A DNA stretch of 64,000 nucleotides from Gemmatimonadales bacterium. Its GTDB lineage: Bacteria > Gemmatimonadota > Gemmatimonadetes > Gemmatimonadales > GWC2-71-9. Positions 56,501-64,000 of this stretch are shown in pieces. Position 1 is the stretch's first letter. The number at the start of each line of letters is the position of its first letter. The stretch covers positions 6,099-70,098 of the forward strand of contig DASTUF010000044.1 of NCBI GenBank assembly GCA_035759745.1, given 5' to 3'. The notes below the pieces were generated by a model. The model ran no database searches, was not told the origin of the DNA, and was given only the letters and a program-made list of their open reading frames with translations. The translations under genes were made by a program, and so were the position numbers.

Positions 56501-57919
56501 GGTGACGTTGCGCATCGGGCCGTTGAGCGAACCCACCGCCTCCAGCCGCCCGGGCACCCTCACCGCCGGCGCCATCCGCTCGACCGTGCCGAGGTCGATG
56601 TTAGACTGCCTGAGACGGACACCATCGAAGTAGAGCCCCTCTGGCTGGCGGAATCCCACCACGCCCTGGGCCACGATGCTGCTCACCGGATTGCCGGCGA
56701 CTTCCGAGTCGACGAAATCCCAGTCCACCGCTATCTGCATCCGGTCGAGCCAGCCGGTGCCTGCCAGCGTGCCGCTCACCGTGCCGTAGAACGGCAGCGT
56801 GTCGGCGTAGGGCCGGGCGTGGTCGAGATCGAAGCGGGTGAGGATCACGTCCAGGTCGCGGAAGCCGAGCCCGCGATCCTTGTCCAGGATTGCCACCAGG
56901 TCGCCGGTCACCCGCTCGGCACCGCGCCCCAGCTCCAGTTGCCGCAGTACGTACTCGGTGCGACGGCCGGAAAGCGACTTGGCCGCCATCACCCCGCTGC
57001 CGGTGAAACCGGGGAAGTCGGGCGAGACCCAGCGGAGGTCCGCCAGGTCCACCCGGGGCGACTCCAGCTGGAAGTCGTAGAGGATGGTGTCCTGGGGCCA
57101 GGTGACAGCGCCGCCGCCGGTGAAGTCGGTCGCGGGAAGGCTCCCGTGCTCCAGGCTGAAGATCGCGCTGTCGCCCCGGAGCCGGACCCGTCCCTCGAGC
57201 GCGGTGATGGTGACGCCGGGATCGTTGATGCGCGCCGCCAGCGAATCGAGGTCGAGCGTGAACGGCCGCCCGTCGGGCGACGAGATCAGCAGCCGCGACA
57301 TCACCGTGGTGAGGTCTTCCAGCGCGATCACCCGGCGATACCCCTCCGGAGTTTCCTCGATGATCCGCCCCGGCCTGGCGCGCTCGAAGGCGAGCGCGCT
57401 GTCCAGCTGGTCCGGGCTCCACTCCGGCCTGGGCCGCCATGGAATCGCGATCCGCAGCGTCGCATCCCGGAGCCGCACGTTGCGGAACTCCACCAGCGGC
57501 GACGGGCCGGTGCGTTCCTTCTGGCCCAGCCGCAGCACGTCGGCGTAGTTCATCCGGCCGTTGTGGTGCTGGATGATGTGGATCGTCGGCCGGTCGGCCT
57601 CGAGGTCACTCAGCACTATGTCGCCGGCCAGGAGCCGGGGAATCGCATACGACACCCGCGCCCGCGGCAGGATCGCGAGCAGCACGCCCTGGGTGTCGCG
57701 CACCACCACGTCCTCCAGCGTGAGGCTGGAGATGAACGATCCCGAGATCCGCCCCACGTCGATGGTGCCGTTGACCACCCGGTCCAGTTCGGCCGACACC
57801 ACCCGCGCGAGGAGGTCCCGGCCCGGCGGCGTCAGCGTCATGCTGGTGAGGATCCCGAGCACGGTGGCCACCGTGCCCAGGAGAATCACGAACAGGAAAC
57901 GCGCGGGGCGGAATTTCAT
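53504..57919 (-). CDS. tamB: translocation and assembly module protein TamB (AsmA-like, DUF490 C-terminus)
   Basis: 1471 aa. N-terminal signal-anchor MKFRPARFLFVILLGTVATVLGIL, a long beta-rich repetitive body, and a conserved C-terminal block (...GASLDYRLSRSWRLQTS...). Lies directly downstream of an Omp85 gene. Confidence 0.8.
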   Translation of the reverse strand: MKFRPARFLFVILLGTVATVLGILTSMTLTPPGRDLLARVVSAELDRVVNGTIDVGRISGSFISSLTLEDVVVRDTQGVLLAILPRARVSYAIPRLLAGDIVLSDLEADRPTIHIIQHHNGRMNYADVLRLGQKERTGPSPLVEFRNVRLRDATLRIAIPWRPRPEWSPDQLDSALAFERARPGRIIEETPEGYRRVIALEDLTTVMSRLLISSPDGRPFTLDLDSLAARINDPGVTITALEGRVRLRGDSAIFSLEHGSLPATDFTGGGAVTWPQDTILYDFQLESPRVDLADLRWVSPDFPGFTGSGVMAAKSLSGRRTEYVLRQLELGRGAERVTGDLVAILDKDRGLGFRDLDVILTRFDLDHARPYADTLPFYGTVSGTLAGTGWLDRMQIAVDWDFVDSEVAGNPVSSIVAQGVVGFRQPEGLYFDGVRLRQSNIDLGTVERMAPAVRVPGRLEAVGSLNGPMRNVTFVGNARHHDGDRPVSAFTGQVRLDTRGEVLGVDMDVALEPLDFEGIRRGFPGLATTGAVRGRLAMNGTLEQMQVDADLTGEIGTIRASGGMTMMPPRWGADALAVEFSGLDLQALQGKGVRTRLTGTALATGTIDSISAPEGSLELVLRQSAVREWTIDTLFARAAVADSVITVDTLYTEWEGARAGGAGTLGWAAPHEGVMSFRLAADSLVAFDSLLLALTGEARDSSRHWEVPLAGTATGALALSGNLDSLAVVGSFDARELAFQGYRAPRLWGSFGSAGGDGGRVQLDVRADSFSVQPDTVGTPWSFDSLGLVLDGTMDSVSWGAGTGVGNGPRFDGAGWLRLGDSMLLGIDTLRADLAPGVWRLLAPTTFALSDSAPLLDTTVIAALDRSGELRVAGRLPFDGPGNMTIDAFGLDLKALYAIAGHDPGGVQGRLGGSFQLGGTAVEPTFTGSAQLDGLAIGDSHLPYLEGVLNYADRRLNADILLWRTGNQVMTLQAALPYYLGSSEVESRRLDGPVSIHALGDSVDLAIIEPFVPSVDRVSGFLDADISIGGTWADPALSGFLTVKNGGMLVRGLNVEWKGMEGSARFVGDSVLVENLRVTSGEGALGANGVVKLEELSRPVLNLDLVAQNFEAIQQRDFLDLTASGRFRITGPFFGATLTGSGVANDGVLYFADLLNKQVIDLEDPTNLDLVDTLAIRRQRLGEGIQNQFIEELRVENFNLELGSDFWLRSSEANIKLAGEVRANKVRREYRMDGVLEAGPGVYTLKIGPVSRDFDVQRGSVSYFGTPDLNAGLDIEAQHVVRAESGQDIPVIARITGTLLRPQLELRSDPTIQPPLPEVDLVSYLVVGVPSSQVSLSQRQALSSLTSIVTASVSSDIERAIVSDLGIPVDLLEIRPVLAGGTRAGGNALQLAAGWQLGRDLFVRLNAGVCSAVSGGTSPVGFGASLDYRLSRSWRLQTSFEPTYRDCRILNQFQPTNAYQIGFDILWESEF

Positions 57920-57923
57920 GGGA

Positions 57924-60086
57924 CTAGAACGGCTGCCCCACGGCGAAGTGGAAGGTGAACTCGTTCCTGTCTTCCAGCCGGTACGGGGACCGGCCAGGAT
58001 CCGCCGTCAGCCGACCGTCAGGCTCAACCACGTAGAACTGGCCCTGCTGCAGTCCCAGCGGGTTGTAGGCAACATCGAACCGGGCCGGCCCCAGGGGCGT
58101 GGAAACCCGGATCCCGATGCCCGGCGTGACCCGCAAGTCCACCGCCGTCACGCCCCGCTGCCACACACCGCCCACGTCCACGAATGCCGCCAGCCGGAGC
58201 CGCTCGCTGAACACCGGCGAGGGGATCCGCAGCTCGAGGTTGGCCACCGCCATCGTGTTGCCCCCGGTGGCGGCGATCTGGACTGTATCGGAATTCAGCG
58301 GCAGGCCAAGCGAATCCTGCTGGCGCACATGCTCCCGGCTGGCGTAGTAGACCACCGGCCCCAGCTGGTTGCGCTGGTAGCCCCGCACGTCATTGGGGCC
58401 GCCGCCGTAGAACCGCTGCTCCGGCGGCACGAACTGGACGTCGCTTCCCACGAGCCGCACCGGCGAGAAGGTCATCCCGCCCCGCACCCGCCAGCTCAGT
58501 ACCACGTCGCGCAGGATCGGGCGATACCAGGCGTAGTCGGCCAGCACCTTGGTGAACTGCTGCTCCGACGACGACCCTATGTAGCGCGACGCGACAGTGA
58601 CTTCGGCGGTGGCGACGTATCCGCGGGTGGGATCGACCGGGTTGTTGGCCCGGGGGATCGTGGCGGTGGCGCTGAGCGACGCCAGCCGCTGGGTCCGGCT
58701 CAGGAACGCGACGTCTACCGGCTCGCAGCTGTTGAAGAAGACGCAGAAGCTGAAGGGCGACGCCACCGTCTGGCCGAACAGCAGCGTGTAGGTCAGCGCC
58801 ACAGGGAGCCGGCGCACCGGGGTCTCGCGGGTGATGCCGACGCTGGCGCCGATCTCGCGCCGGCGATACACCTTGAACTCCGATCGCCGCTCCACGAACC
58901 CGGTCATCACCAGGGTATTGTTGGGCGACAGGAAGGCCGGCCGCCGCAACGCCGTCGTGACACCGTAGTTCAGCAGGCTCGAGCCGATGGTGTCGTCCGC
59001 GATGGGACTGCAGAGGCTCTCCTCCATTCCCCAGTCGAGCGGGCTGCCCACGCCCACCTTGGACACCCGGCCGGTGATGTCGAGGATCCGGCCCGCCCCG
59101 GCGAAGTCGCGGAAGGTGATGCCGGCGCTCCCGCGGAGGCAGTCGTTGCTGCCGTACCCCACGCTGGTGCGGGCCCGCCTGGGAGGACTCTCGGTGACCT
59201 GCACCCGGAGCGGCACCTGGTCGTCGCCCGGCACGAAGCGGGCGGTGTCGAGCTGCACCGACGCCAGCCGGAAGAGGTTGGCGCCGTACAGGTTTCGCTG
59301 GCTTTGGAAGAGGTCGTTCTCGGAATACCACTCGCCCGGGCGCGCCGTGATCAGGCTGACCACGGTGGAAGGATCCACCCGCTCCTCCCCTTCCACCACC
59401 ACGCTGCCGATCCTGGCCCGTACACCCGGAATGGCATCCAGCGTGACGCGGGCCTCGAGTTCGGAGGTCCGCACCACGTAGCCCACCAGCACGTCGGCCG
59501 AGGGGTAGCCCCGGTTGCGGAGGCGCTGGGCGATGGTGTCGGCCGATGCCTGCATCGCCGCGCGGTTGAAGACGTCGCCCTCGACCAGCGGGAGGTCCAC
59601 CTCGAGATCTTCGCGGACCTCGGGCACCAGGCTGTCGAGCCCGGTCACGGTGATTTGCCGGACCCGGATCGGCTCGCCTTCGGTGATATTGAAGGTGATG
59701 AAGACATCCTCGGCGGTGCGCTCGACCAGCGTATCCACCTGCACCGAGGGAAACCCGCTCCGCTTGTACAGAACCTCGAGCCGGAGAACGTCCTGCTCGA
59801 AGTCGCGCTGGTTGAAGTAGCGCTTCGCACCCAGGCCGATCCAGCGCAGCAGCCCCGAAGTGGCAAAGAGCGCCGACTTGGTGGTCTCGATGCTGGCTTC
59901 GAGCAGCTGGGAGGAGATGTTGTCGTTGCCGGAGAAGGACAGCTGGCGCACCACGAGGGCGTCGGTGCGCGCCTGCGCGGACGCGACCGTGGGCAGGGCG
60001 GCCTGGAGCATGCAGGCCAGCACCAGTGCCGCGCCGCAGATCTGAGGCGCCCGTCCCCGAGGCAACTGTCCAAAAAGCAAACGCAT
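57924..60086 (-). CDS. Omp85-family outer membrane protein with POTRA domains (TamA/BamA-like)
   Basis: ORF 57924..61472 trimmed to MRLLFGQLPRG...ALPTVASAQA (signal peptide). POTRA-like repeats (VRQLSFSGNDNIS..., IRVRQITVTGL..., ARIGSVVVEGE...), a 16-strand-type barrel, and a terminal aromatic residue (FHFAVGQPF). Confidence 0.85.
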   Translation of the reverse strand: MRLLFGQLPRGRAPQICGAALVLACMLQAALPTVASAQARTDALVVRQLSFSGNDNISSQLLEASIETTKSALFATSGLLRWIGLGAKRYFNQRDFEQDVLRLEVLYKRSGFPSVQVDTLVERTAEDVFITFNITEGEPIRVRQITVTGLDSLVPEVREDLEVDLPLVEGDVFNRAAMQASADTIAQRLRNRGYPSADVLVGYVVRTSELEARVTLDAIPGVRARIGSVVVEGEERVDPSTVVSLITARPGEWYSENDLFQSQRNLYGANLFRLASVQLDTARFVPGDDQVPLRVQVTESPPRRARTSVGYGSNDCLRGSAGITFRDFAGAGRILDITGRVSKVGVGSPLDWGMEESLCSPIADDTIGSSLLNYGVTTALRRPAFLSPNNTLVMTGFVERRSEFKVYRRREIGASVGITRETPVRRLPVALTYTLLFGQTVASPFSFCVFFNSCEPVDVAFLSRTQRLASLSATATIPRANNPVDPTRGYVATAEVTVASRYIGSSSEQQFTKVLADYAWYRPILRDVVLSWRVRGGMTFSPVRLVGSDVQFVPPEQRFYGGGPNDVRGYQRNQLGPVVYYASREHVRQQDSLGLPLNSDTVQIAATGGNTMAVANLELRIPSPVFSERLRLAAFVDVGGVWQRGVTAVDLRVTPGIGIRVSTPLGPARFDVAYNPLGLQQGQFYVVEPDGRLTADPGRSPYRLEDRNEFTFHFAVGQPF

Positions 60087-60126
60087 CACGCTCCCCGCGG
60101 CGCGCTGACCGCCCCGCGAACCCTCG

Positions 60127-60155
60127 TTGACGAGCCGTTCTAAGGTCCGTAGTTT
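60127..60155 (+). promoter_or_regulatory. candidate sigma-70-type promoter for dppA
   Basis: TTGACG-N17-TAGTTT, ~40 nt upstream of ATG 60198. The -10 hexamer is the same as in the candidate at 46483-46511. Confidence 0.35.
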
Positions 60156-60197
60156 GAGCACCTTACGCCTTACTGTCAACTTTTTGACGAGTCCGCC

Positions 60198-61727
60198 ATG
60201 CGCCGTCTTGCAATTCTGCTGGTTCTGGTCGCCGCCTGCGCCGATGCCGGCCGGGATTCGGGGACACTTCGATATTACCTGACCGCAGACCCGGTCACCC
60301 TCGACCCGGCGCTTTCGACCGACGTGCAGTCGGGCGAGATGATCACCATGCTCTTCGACAACCTCGTGCGGTTCGACGTGGATGCGAAACTGGTGCCCGG
60401 GGTTGCGACCCGCTGGGAGGTGGACTCGACCGCTTCGGTGTACACCTTTCACCTCAGGTCCGGTGTCACTTTCCATGATGGCCGGCCCCTGACTGCGAAA
60501 GACGTCGAGGCTTCGATTCTCCGGGCCCTCGCGCCGGGATCTCGCGGGCGGCACTGGCCACTCCAGCCGATCCAGGGCGCGCTCGACTACGCCGAGGGCC
60601 GCGCCGACGGCATCAGCGGCCTGGTGGTCCCCGACGATTCCACCGTGGTGTTCACCCTGCGCGAACCGCTCAACATCTTCCCCAAGTTCCTCGCCATGCC
60701 GGTGGCGGCCATCGTGCCCACGCCCGCCGGCGCCGACTTTTCCGGCAATCCGGTCGGCAGTGGCCCCTGGAAGTTCGTGAGCTGGCAGCACGACAACTCG
60801 CTGCTCTTCGCCGCCAACGACTCCTACTGGGGGGGCCGCCCCGAGAGCGACTCGATCCGGGTGCGGATCATCCCCGAGGCCTCGACCCAGGCCGCCGAGT
60901 TCGAGACCGGCCAGTTGAGCGTGGTGGAGATTCCCTTCAGCGAGACTCAGCGCTGGGAGCAGGAGCACGGCGACCTGCTGCAGCGCCGCGCCGCCATCAG
61001 GGACTTCTACATAGCCATCAACACGACGAGGGGGCCGCTGGCCGACGTCCGGGTGCGCCGGGCCCTCAACCACGCCGTCAATGTCGAAACCATTCTCGGC
61101 ACCATCATGGCCGGACGGGGCGTGCGCGCCGCCGGTGCCATTCCGCCCGGCGTGAGCGGCCACGATCCCTCCCGCAAGCCCTACAGGTACGATCCGGAGC
61201 GGGCGAAGGAGTTGCTGGCCGAGGCCGGCTATCCCAACGGGTTCCCACTCCAGCTCTGGCGCTCGCAGCGCACCGAGATTGCCCGCGTGTCCCAGGCGGT
61301 GCAGCAGGCGCTCGGCGCGGTGGGCATCACGGTGGAGATCCTCGAGCGCGACGCCACCAGCGTCCGCGCCGCGGTCCGGAACGGCGAAACCGACCTCTAC
61401 ATCGGCGACTGGTATGCCGACTACCCCGATCCCGAGAACTTCACCTGGCCGCTCTTCCACTCGCGGAATCACGGCCCGGGCGGCAACTACGCCTTCCTTT
61501 CTGATCCCGCGCTCGATGCGATGATCGTCGAGCTGCGCACCACCGCCGACGAAGCGCGAAAGGAAGAACTTGCCCGTCAGGTGGATGCCCGCGTGTTCGA
61601 GCTGGCGCCCTGGATCTTCCTCTGGTTCCCGGAGGACATGTGGGCCACCCAGCCGGATCTCAGCGGCTGGCGGATTCCCGCCGTGTTCACCGGACAGCGC
61701 TGGACCGAGGCGGTCGTTTCCCGGTGA
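60198..61727 (+). CDS. dppA: peptide/nickel ABC transporter substrate-binding lipoprotein (family 5)
   Basis: Lipobox LVAAC. Blocks LRSGVTFHDG, GSGPWKF and ADYPDPENF are typical of SBP family 5. Confidence 0.85.
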   Translation: MRRLAILLVLVAACADAGRDSGTLRYYLTADPVTLDPALSTDVQSGEMITMLFDNLVRFDVDAKLVPGVATRWEVDSTASVYTFHLRSGVTFHDGRPLTAKDVEASILRALAPGSRGRHWPLQPIQGALDYAEGRADGISGLVVPDDSTVVFTLREPLNIFPKFLAMPVAAIVPTPAGADFSGNPVGSGPWKFVSWQHDNSLLFAANDSYWGGRPESDSIRVRIIPEASTQAAEFETGQLSVVEIPFSETQRWEQEHGDLLQRRAAIRDFYIAINTTRGPLADVRVRRALNHAVNVETILGTIMAGRGVRAAGAIPPGVSGHDPSRKPYRYDPERAKELLAEAGYPNGFPLQLWRSQRTEIARVSQAVQQALGAVGITVEILERDATSVRAAVRNGETDLYIGDWYADYPDPENFTWPLFHSRNHGPGGNYAFLSDPALDAMIVELRTTADEARKEELARQVDARVFELAPWIFLWFPEDMWATQPDLSGWRIPAVFTGQRWTEAVVSR

Positions 61728-62644
61728 AGAGCTTCATCGCGGTGCGGCTGGCGCTGATGGTGCCCACCCTGCTGGGTGTCCTCATCGTGACCTTCCTGCT
61801 CTTGTATGTAGCGCCGGGTGATCCGGTCCAGGCCATGATCGGCGAGCGCGCCGACCAGGCCACCATCGATCGGCTCCGCGCCGAGCTGCGGCTGGACGAC
61901 CCGCTGCCGGTGCAGTTCGGTCGCTACGTCTCCAGTGTCGTCCAGGGCGACCTCGGCACCAGCTACATCACCGGGCGGCCCATCGCCGACGACCTCATGG
62001 ACCGCTTCCCCGCCACGCTCAAACTCGCGGCCAGCGCCATGCTGTTCGCCGCGTTGTTCGGCATCTCCATCGGGATCTACAGCGCGTGGCGGCCGGGGTC
62101 GTGGGGCGACCGGATCTCGGCACTGATCGCCTACGCCGGCGTGTCGTTTCCGGTTTACTGGGTGGGGCTGCTGCTGATCCTGATGTTCGCCGTGACGCTG
62201 CGGTGGTTTCCCGCCTCCGGCTACGGCGGATTCGCCTTCCTGGTGTTGCCCGCCATCACCCTCGGCATGCGCTCGGTGGCGTTCCTGTCGCGCATGACCC
62301 GCGCGGCGATGCAGGACGTGCTGCGCAGCGACTTCGTGCGCACCGCCCGCGCCAAGGGCCTGGGCGAGATGCCGGTGGTGCTCTCCCACGGGCTCCGCAA
62401 CGCGCTGATTCCCATCGTGACCGTGCTCGGACTCGATTTCGGCAGTTACCTTACCGGATCCATCCTCACCGAAACGATCTTCAGCTGGCCCGGCGTGGGG
62501 CGCTATGTGCTCACCGCCATCGAGAAGCGGGACCTCCCCGCGGTGCAGGGCAGCATCCTGTTCCTGAGTTTCGTGTTTGTCCTCGTGAACCTGGTGACCG
62601 ATCTCGTCTATGCGAAAGTGGACCCACGTGTGGCGTATGACTGA
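61724..62644 (+). CDS. dppB: peptide/nickel ABC transporter permease (DppB/OppB type)
   Basis: Trimmed to GTG 61724 (GTGA overlap with dppA). VKSFIAVRLALMVPTLLGVLIVTFLLLYVAPGDP and the EAA loop FVRTARAKGLGE. Confidence 0.85.
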   Translation: MKSFIAVRLALMVPTLLGVLIVTFLLLYVAPGDPVQAMIGERADQATIDRLRAELRLDDPLPVQFGRYVSSVVQGDLGTSYITGRPIADDLMDRFPATLKLAASAMLFAALFGISIGIYSAWRPGSWGDRISALIAYAGVSFPVYWVGLLLILMFAVTLRWFPASGYGGFAFLVLPAITLGMRSVAFLSRMTRAAMQDVLRSDFVRTARAKGLGEMPVVLSHGLRNALIPIVTVLGLDFGSYLTGSILTETIFSWPGVGRYVLTAIEKRDLPAVQGSILFLSFVFVLVNLVTDLVYAKVDPRVAYD

Positions 62645-64000
62645 AACCAGTGGGAAGTGGGAAGTGGGAATTGGGAAGGGATTTCTGGCGGGGCTTGTTG
62701 CGATTGCCTTCCTGCTGCTTCCCACCCCAGCTGCTGCTCAATCGCTCTCGCAGCGCATGGATGCGCTGCTGGACCGCCCGCCGTTTCAGTCGGCGTTGTG
62801 GGGCGTGGCAGTGGTGGATGAGAACGGCAGGATGATCTACGGCCGCAACGCGGACCGGATGTTCGTGCCCGCCAGCAACACCAAGCTGGTGGTGACCACG
62901 GTAGCGGCGTCGCTGCTGCCGCCCGACTTCACCGTGAAGACCAGCCTGTACGGCACCGGCCCGGTGGTGGACGGCGTGCTCCAGGGCGACCTGGTGCTCT
63001 ACGGCCGGGGCGATCCCGCATTCGGGGTCCGCTGCTACGCCATCGACACCACCAGCACCGATGCCTGTGATCGCGACCCCGCAGAACACCTTCGCGAACT
63101 GGTCGCGGGGCTCAAGACCCGCGGTATCACATCCATCACCGGTGCGGTGGTGGGCGACGGCAGCTACTTCGAGCCGCAGATCCTCCATCCCGGCTGGGAT
63201 CTCTTCGATACCTACTGGTGGTATGCCGCGCCGGTGACCGGCCTGGCGCTCAACGACAACAGCGTGGACATCCACTGGGAACCGGGCGAAACGGTAGGCG
63301 CACCGGCGAAGATTTCCCTCTGGCCCGAGTACCACGGGCTGCGGTTCGAGAATCGCACCCGCACCGCGCCGCGGGGCGGCGTCACCGACGTGGACAATCG
63401 CATGTGGCGCACGCCGGGGACTTTCGATGCGTGGGCTGAGGGGACGGTGGCGCTGGGCCACCGTGGGGGCACCGACTACTTCGCCATGTCGGACCCCAAC
63501 CTCTTCGCGGCACATGGCCTCCGCGCGATCCTCGCGGAGGAGGGCATCTCCGTGGGCGGTGAGACCAGCTCCACCACCGACTCGCTGGCTTACGCTGCGG
63601 CGCGGCGCTCGGCACCGCTGGCCGAGGTCACCAGCCGCCCGCTCAAGGACTGGATCTTCCCGATTCTCAACACCAGCCAGAATCTCTACGCCGAAATGCT
63701 GCTGAAGCAGGTGGGGCGGCAGTTCGGTGGAGAGGGCAGCTGGGAGAGGGGCATCGATGTCGAGCGTCGCTTCCTCATCGATTCGATGGGCGTGGATTCG
63801 ATGCAGTTCGCGCTGAAGGACGGCTCCGGCCTGGCGGCCGACAACCTGGTGAGTCCGCTGGCCTTCACCCAGATCCTGCGGTTCATCCGCCGGCACCCCC
63901 ACTATGAAGCCTGGGCCGCGGGGCTGCCGCGGAGCGGGCAGCGTGGCTCGCTGCGCTCACGCTTTGTCGGCACTGAGCTGGAGGGGAAGGTCTCCGCCAA
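62637..64000 (+). CDS. dacB: D-alanyl-D-alanine carboxypeptidase/endopeptidase (PBP4, peptidase S13); 3' end off window
   Basis: Absent from the track because no stop lies in the window. My manual translation gives ...GFLAGLVAIAFLLLPTPAAAQSLSQRMDALLDRPPFQSALWGVAVVDENGRMIYGRNADRMFVPASNTKLVVT (SxxK) ...LVLYGRGDPAF. The start is uncertain (ATG 62610, ATG 62637 or GTG 62664). Confidence 0.8.
   Translation, partial: MTETSGKWEVGIGKGFLAGLVAIAFLLLPTPAAAQSLSQRMDALLDRPPFQSALWGVAVVDENGRMIYGRNADRMFVPASNTKLVVTTVAASLLPPDFTVKTSLYGTGPVVDGVLQGDLVLYGRGDPAFGVRCYAIDTTSTDACDRDPAEHLRELVAGLKTRGITSITGAVVGDGSYFEPQILHPGWDLFDTYWWYAAPVTGLALNDNSVDIHWEPGETVGAPAKISLWPEYHGLRFENRTRTAPRGGVTDVDNRMWRTPGTFDAWAEGTVALGHRGGTDYFAMSDPNLFAAHGLRAILAEEGISVGGETSSTTDSLAYAAARRSAPLAEVTSRPLKDWIFPILNTSQNLYAEMLLKQVGRQFGGEGSWERGIDVERRFLIDSMGVDSMQFALKDGSGLAADNLVSPLAFTQILRFIRRHPHYEAWAAGLPRSGQRGSLRSRFVGTELEGKVSA
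62647..62680. repeat. unpaired GGGAAGT heptamer half-array
   Basis: cagtgggaagtgggaagtgggaattgggaaggg follows the dppB TGA directly. No complementary arm lies nearby. It sits inside the possible 5' end of dacB. Confidence 0.75.

Noticed and set aside
53504-60143. Very long plus-strand ORFs (55808..57958, 716 aa; 57561..60143, 860 aa) overlapping tamB and the Omp85 gene
   Set aside because: Their translations are Arg/Pro/Gly/His-rich low-complexity sequence with no motifs. They lie codon-for-codon antisense to genes with clear TamB/Omp85 features. These are typical shadow ORFs of a GC-rich genome.
60087-61472. N-terminal 460 aa of the 1182-aa track ORF 57924..61472
   Set aside because: This part is antisense to dppA and lacks protein-like sequence. 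A signal peptide and POTRA domains begin at ATG 60086, which I use as the Omp85 start. I applied the same logic in trimming ORFs 29580..30704, 11885..13006, 4512..5957, 48343..48990 and 52611..53738.

Overview
This is a GC-rich bacterial chromosomal window. Third codon positions are almost all G/C, so the supplied track contains many long antisense shadow ORFs, which I rejected. I support about 60 protein-coding genes and found no rRNA, tRNA, CRISPR array, transposase or integrase.

Gene content from left to right:
- 1-10921: an ABC-transporter-dependent glycan cluster. It holds a heparinase II/III-like gene, GT4, a bi-domain oxidoreductase, three GT2 genes, Wzm/Wzt and an epimerase.
- 11024-14490: two tandem paralogous PEP-CTERM proteins, a small membrane protein and a VanZ-like protein.
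- 14575-21019: an HNH endonuclease, PBP1A, tyrS and a GWxTD-like secreted protein.
- 21218-26027: a patatin-ferredoxin fusion, an isolated dppC, a class-V aminotransferase and a DUF853 ATPase.
- 26230-30029: GT4, a PorX-like PglZ response regulator and small hypothetical genes.
- 30162-43955: a long co-directional housekeeping block (yebC, ruvCAB, queA, tgt, yajC, def, fmt, thiESG, rsmB, a PASTA-only protein, rpe, a TlpA-like protein, tsaD, lgt).
- 44337-47398: a cytochrome c/FTR1 iron permease and a methyltransferase.
- 48343-52515: a minus-strand operon running from a sigma-54 activator through an 8-Cys miniprotein, NlpC/P60, HAD and a hypothetical gene to acpS.
- 52611-64000: a DAG-kinase-like gene, TamB and an Omp85 gene, then dppA, dppB and dacB (partial).

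Gene content (PEP-CTERM, GWxTD, PorX-like regulator, cyt c/FTR1) suggests an FCB-group or Gemmatimonadota-like organism, but that is inference only.

The most interesting signals are non-coding:
1. A near-consensus sigma-54 promoter with an upstream dyad sits in an AT-rich island. It would drive a roughly 146-nt, terminator-ended RNA with no credible ORF (43960-44296).
2. A family of long intergenic hairpins has arms built from tandem 7-8 nt (once 20 nt) units. They sit stop-codon to stop-codon or abut start codons. The GGGAAGT family is also a canonical G-quadruplex motif.
3. Octamer arrays (CCGNCNAG) supply the identical last codons and stop (D-G-TAG) of two unrelated genes. They are also embedded in frame in two other CDS.
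4. A roughly 295-bp MITE-like palindrome lies at 48035-48329.
5. The dpp operon is split, with the same repeat at both break points.
6. Two gene architectures are unusual: the patatin-ferredoxin fusion and a kinase-less PASTA protein at a PrkC-like locus.

All calls come from reading the sequence and translations by eye. No database search or folding program was run.
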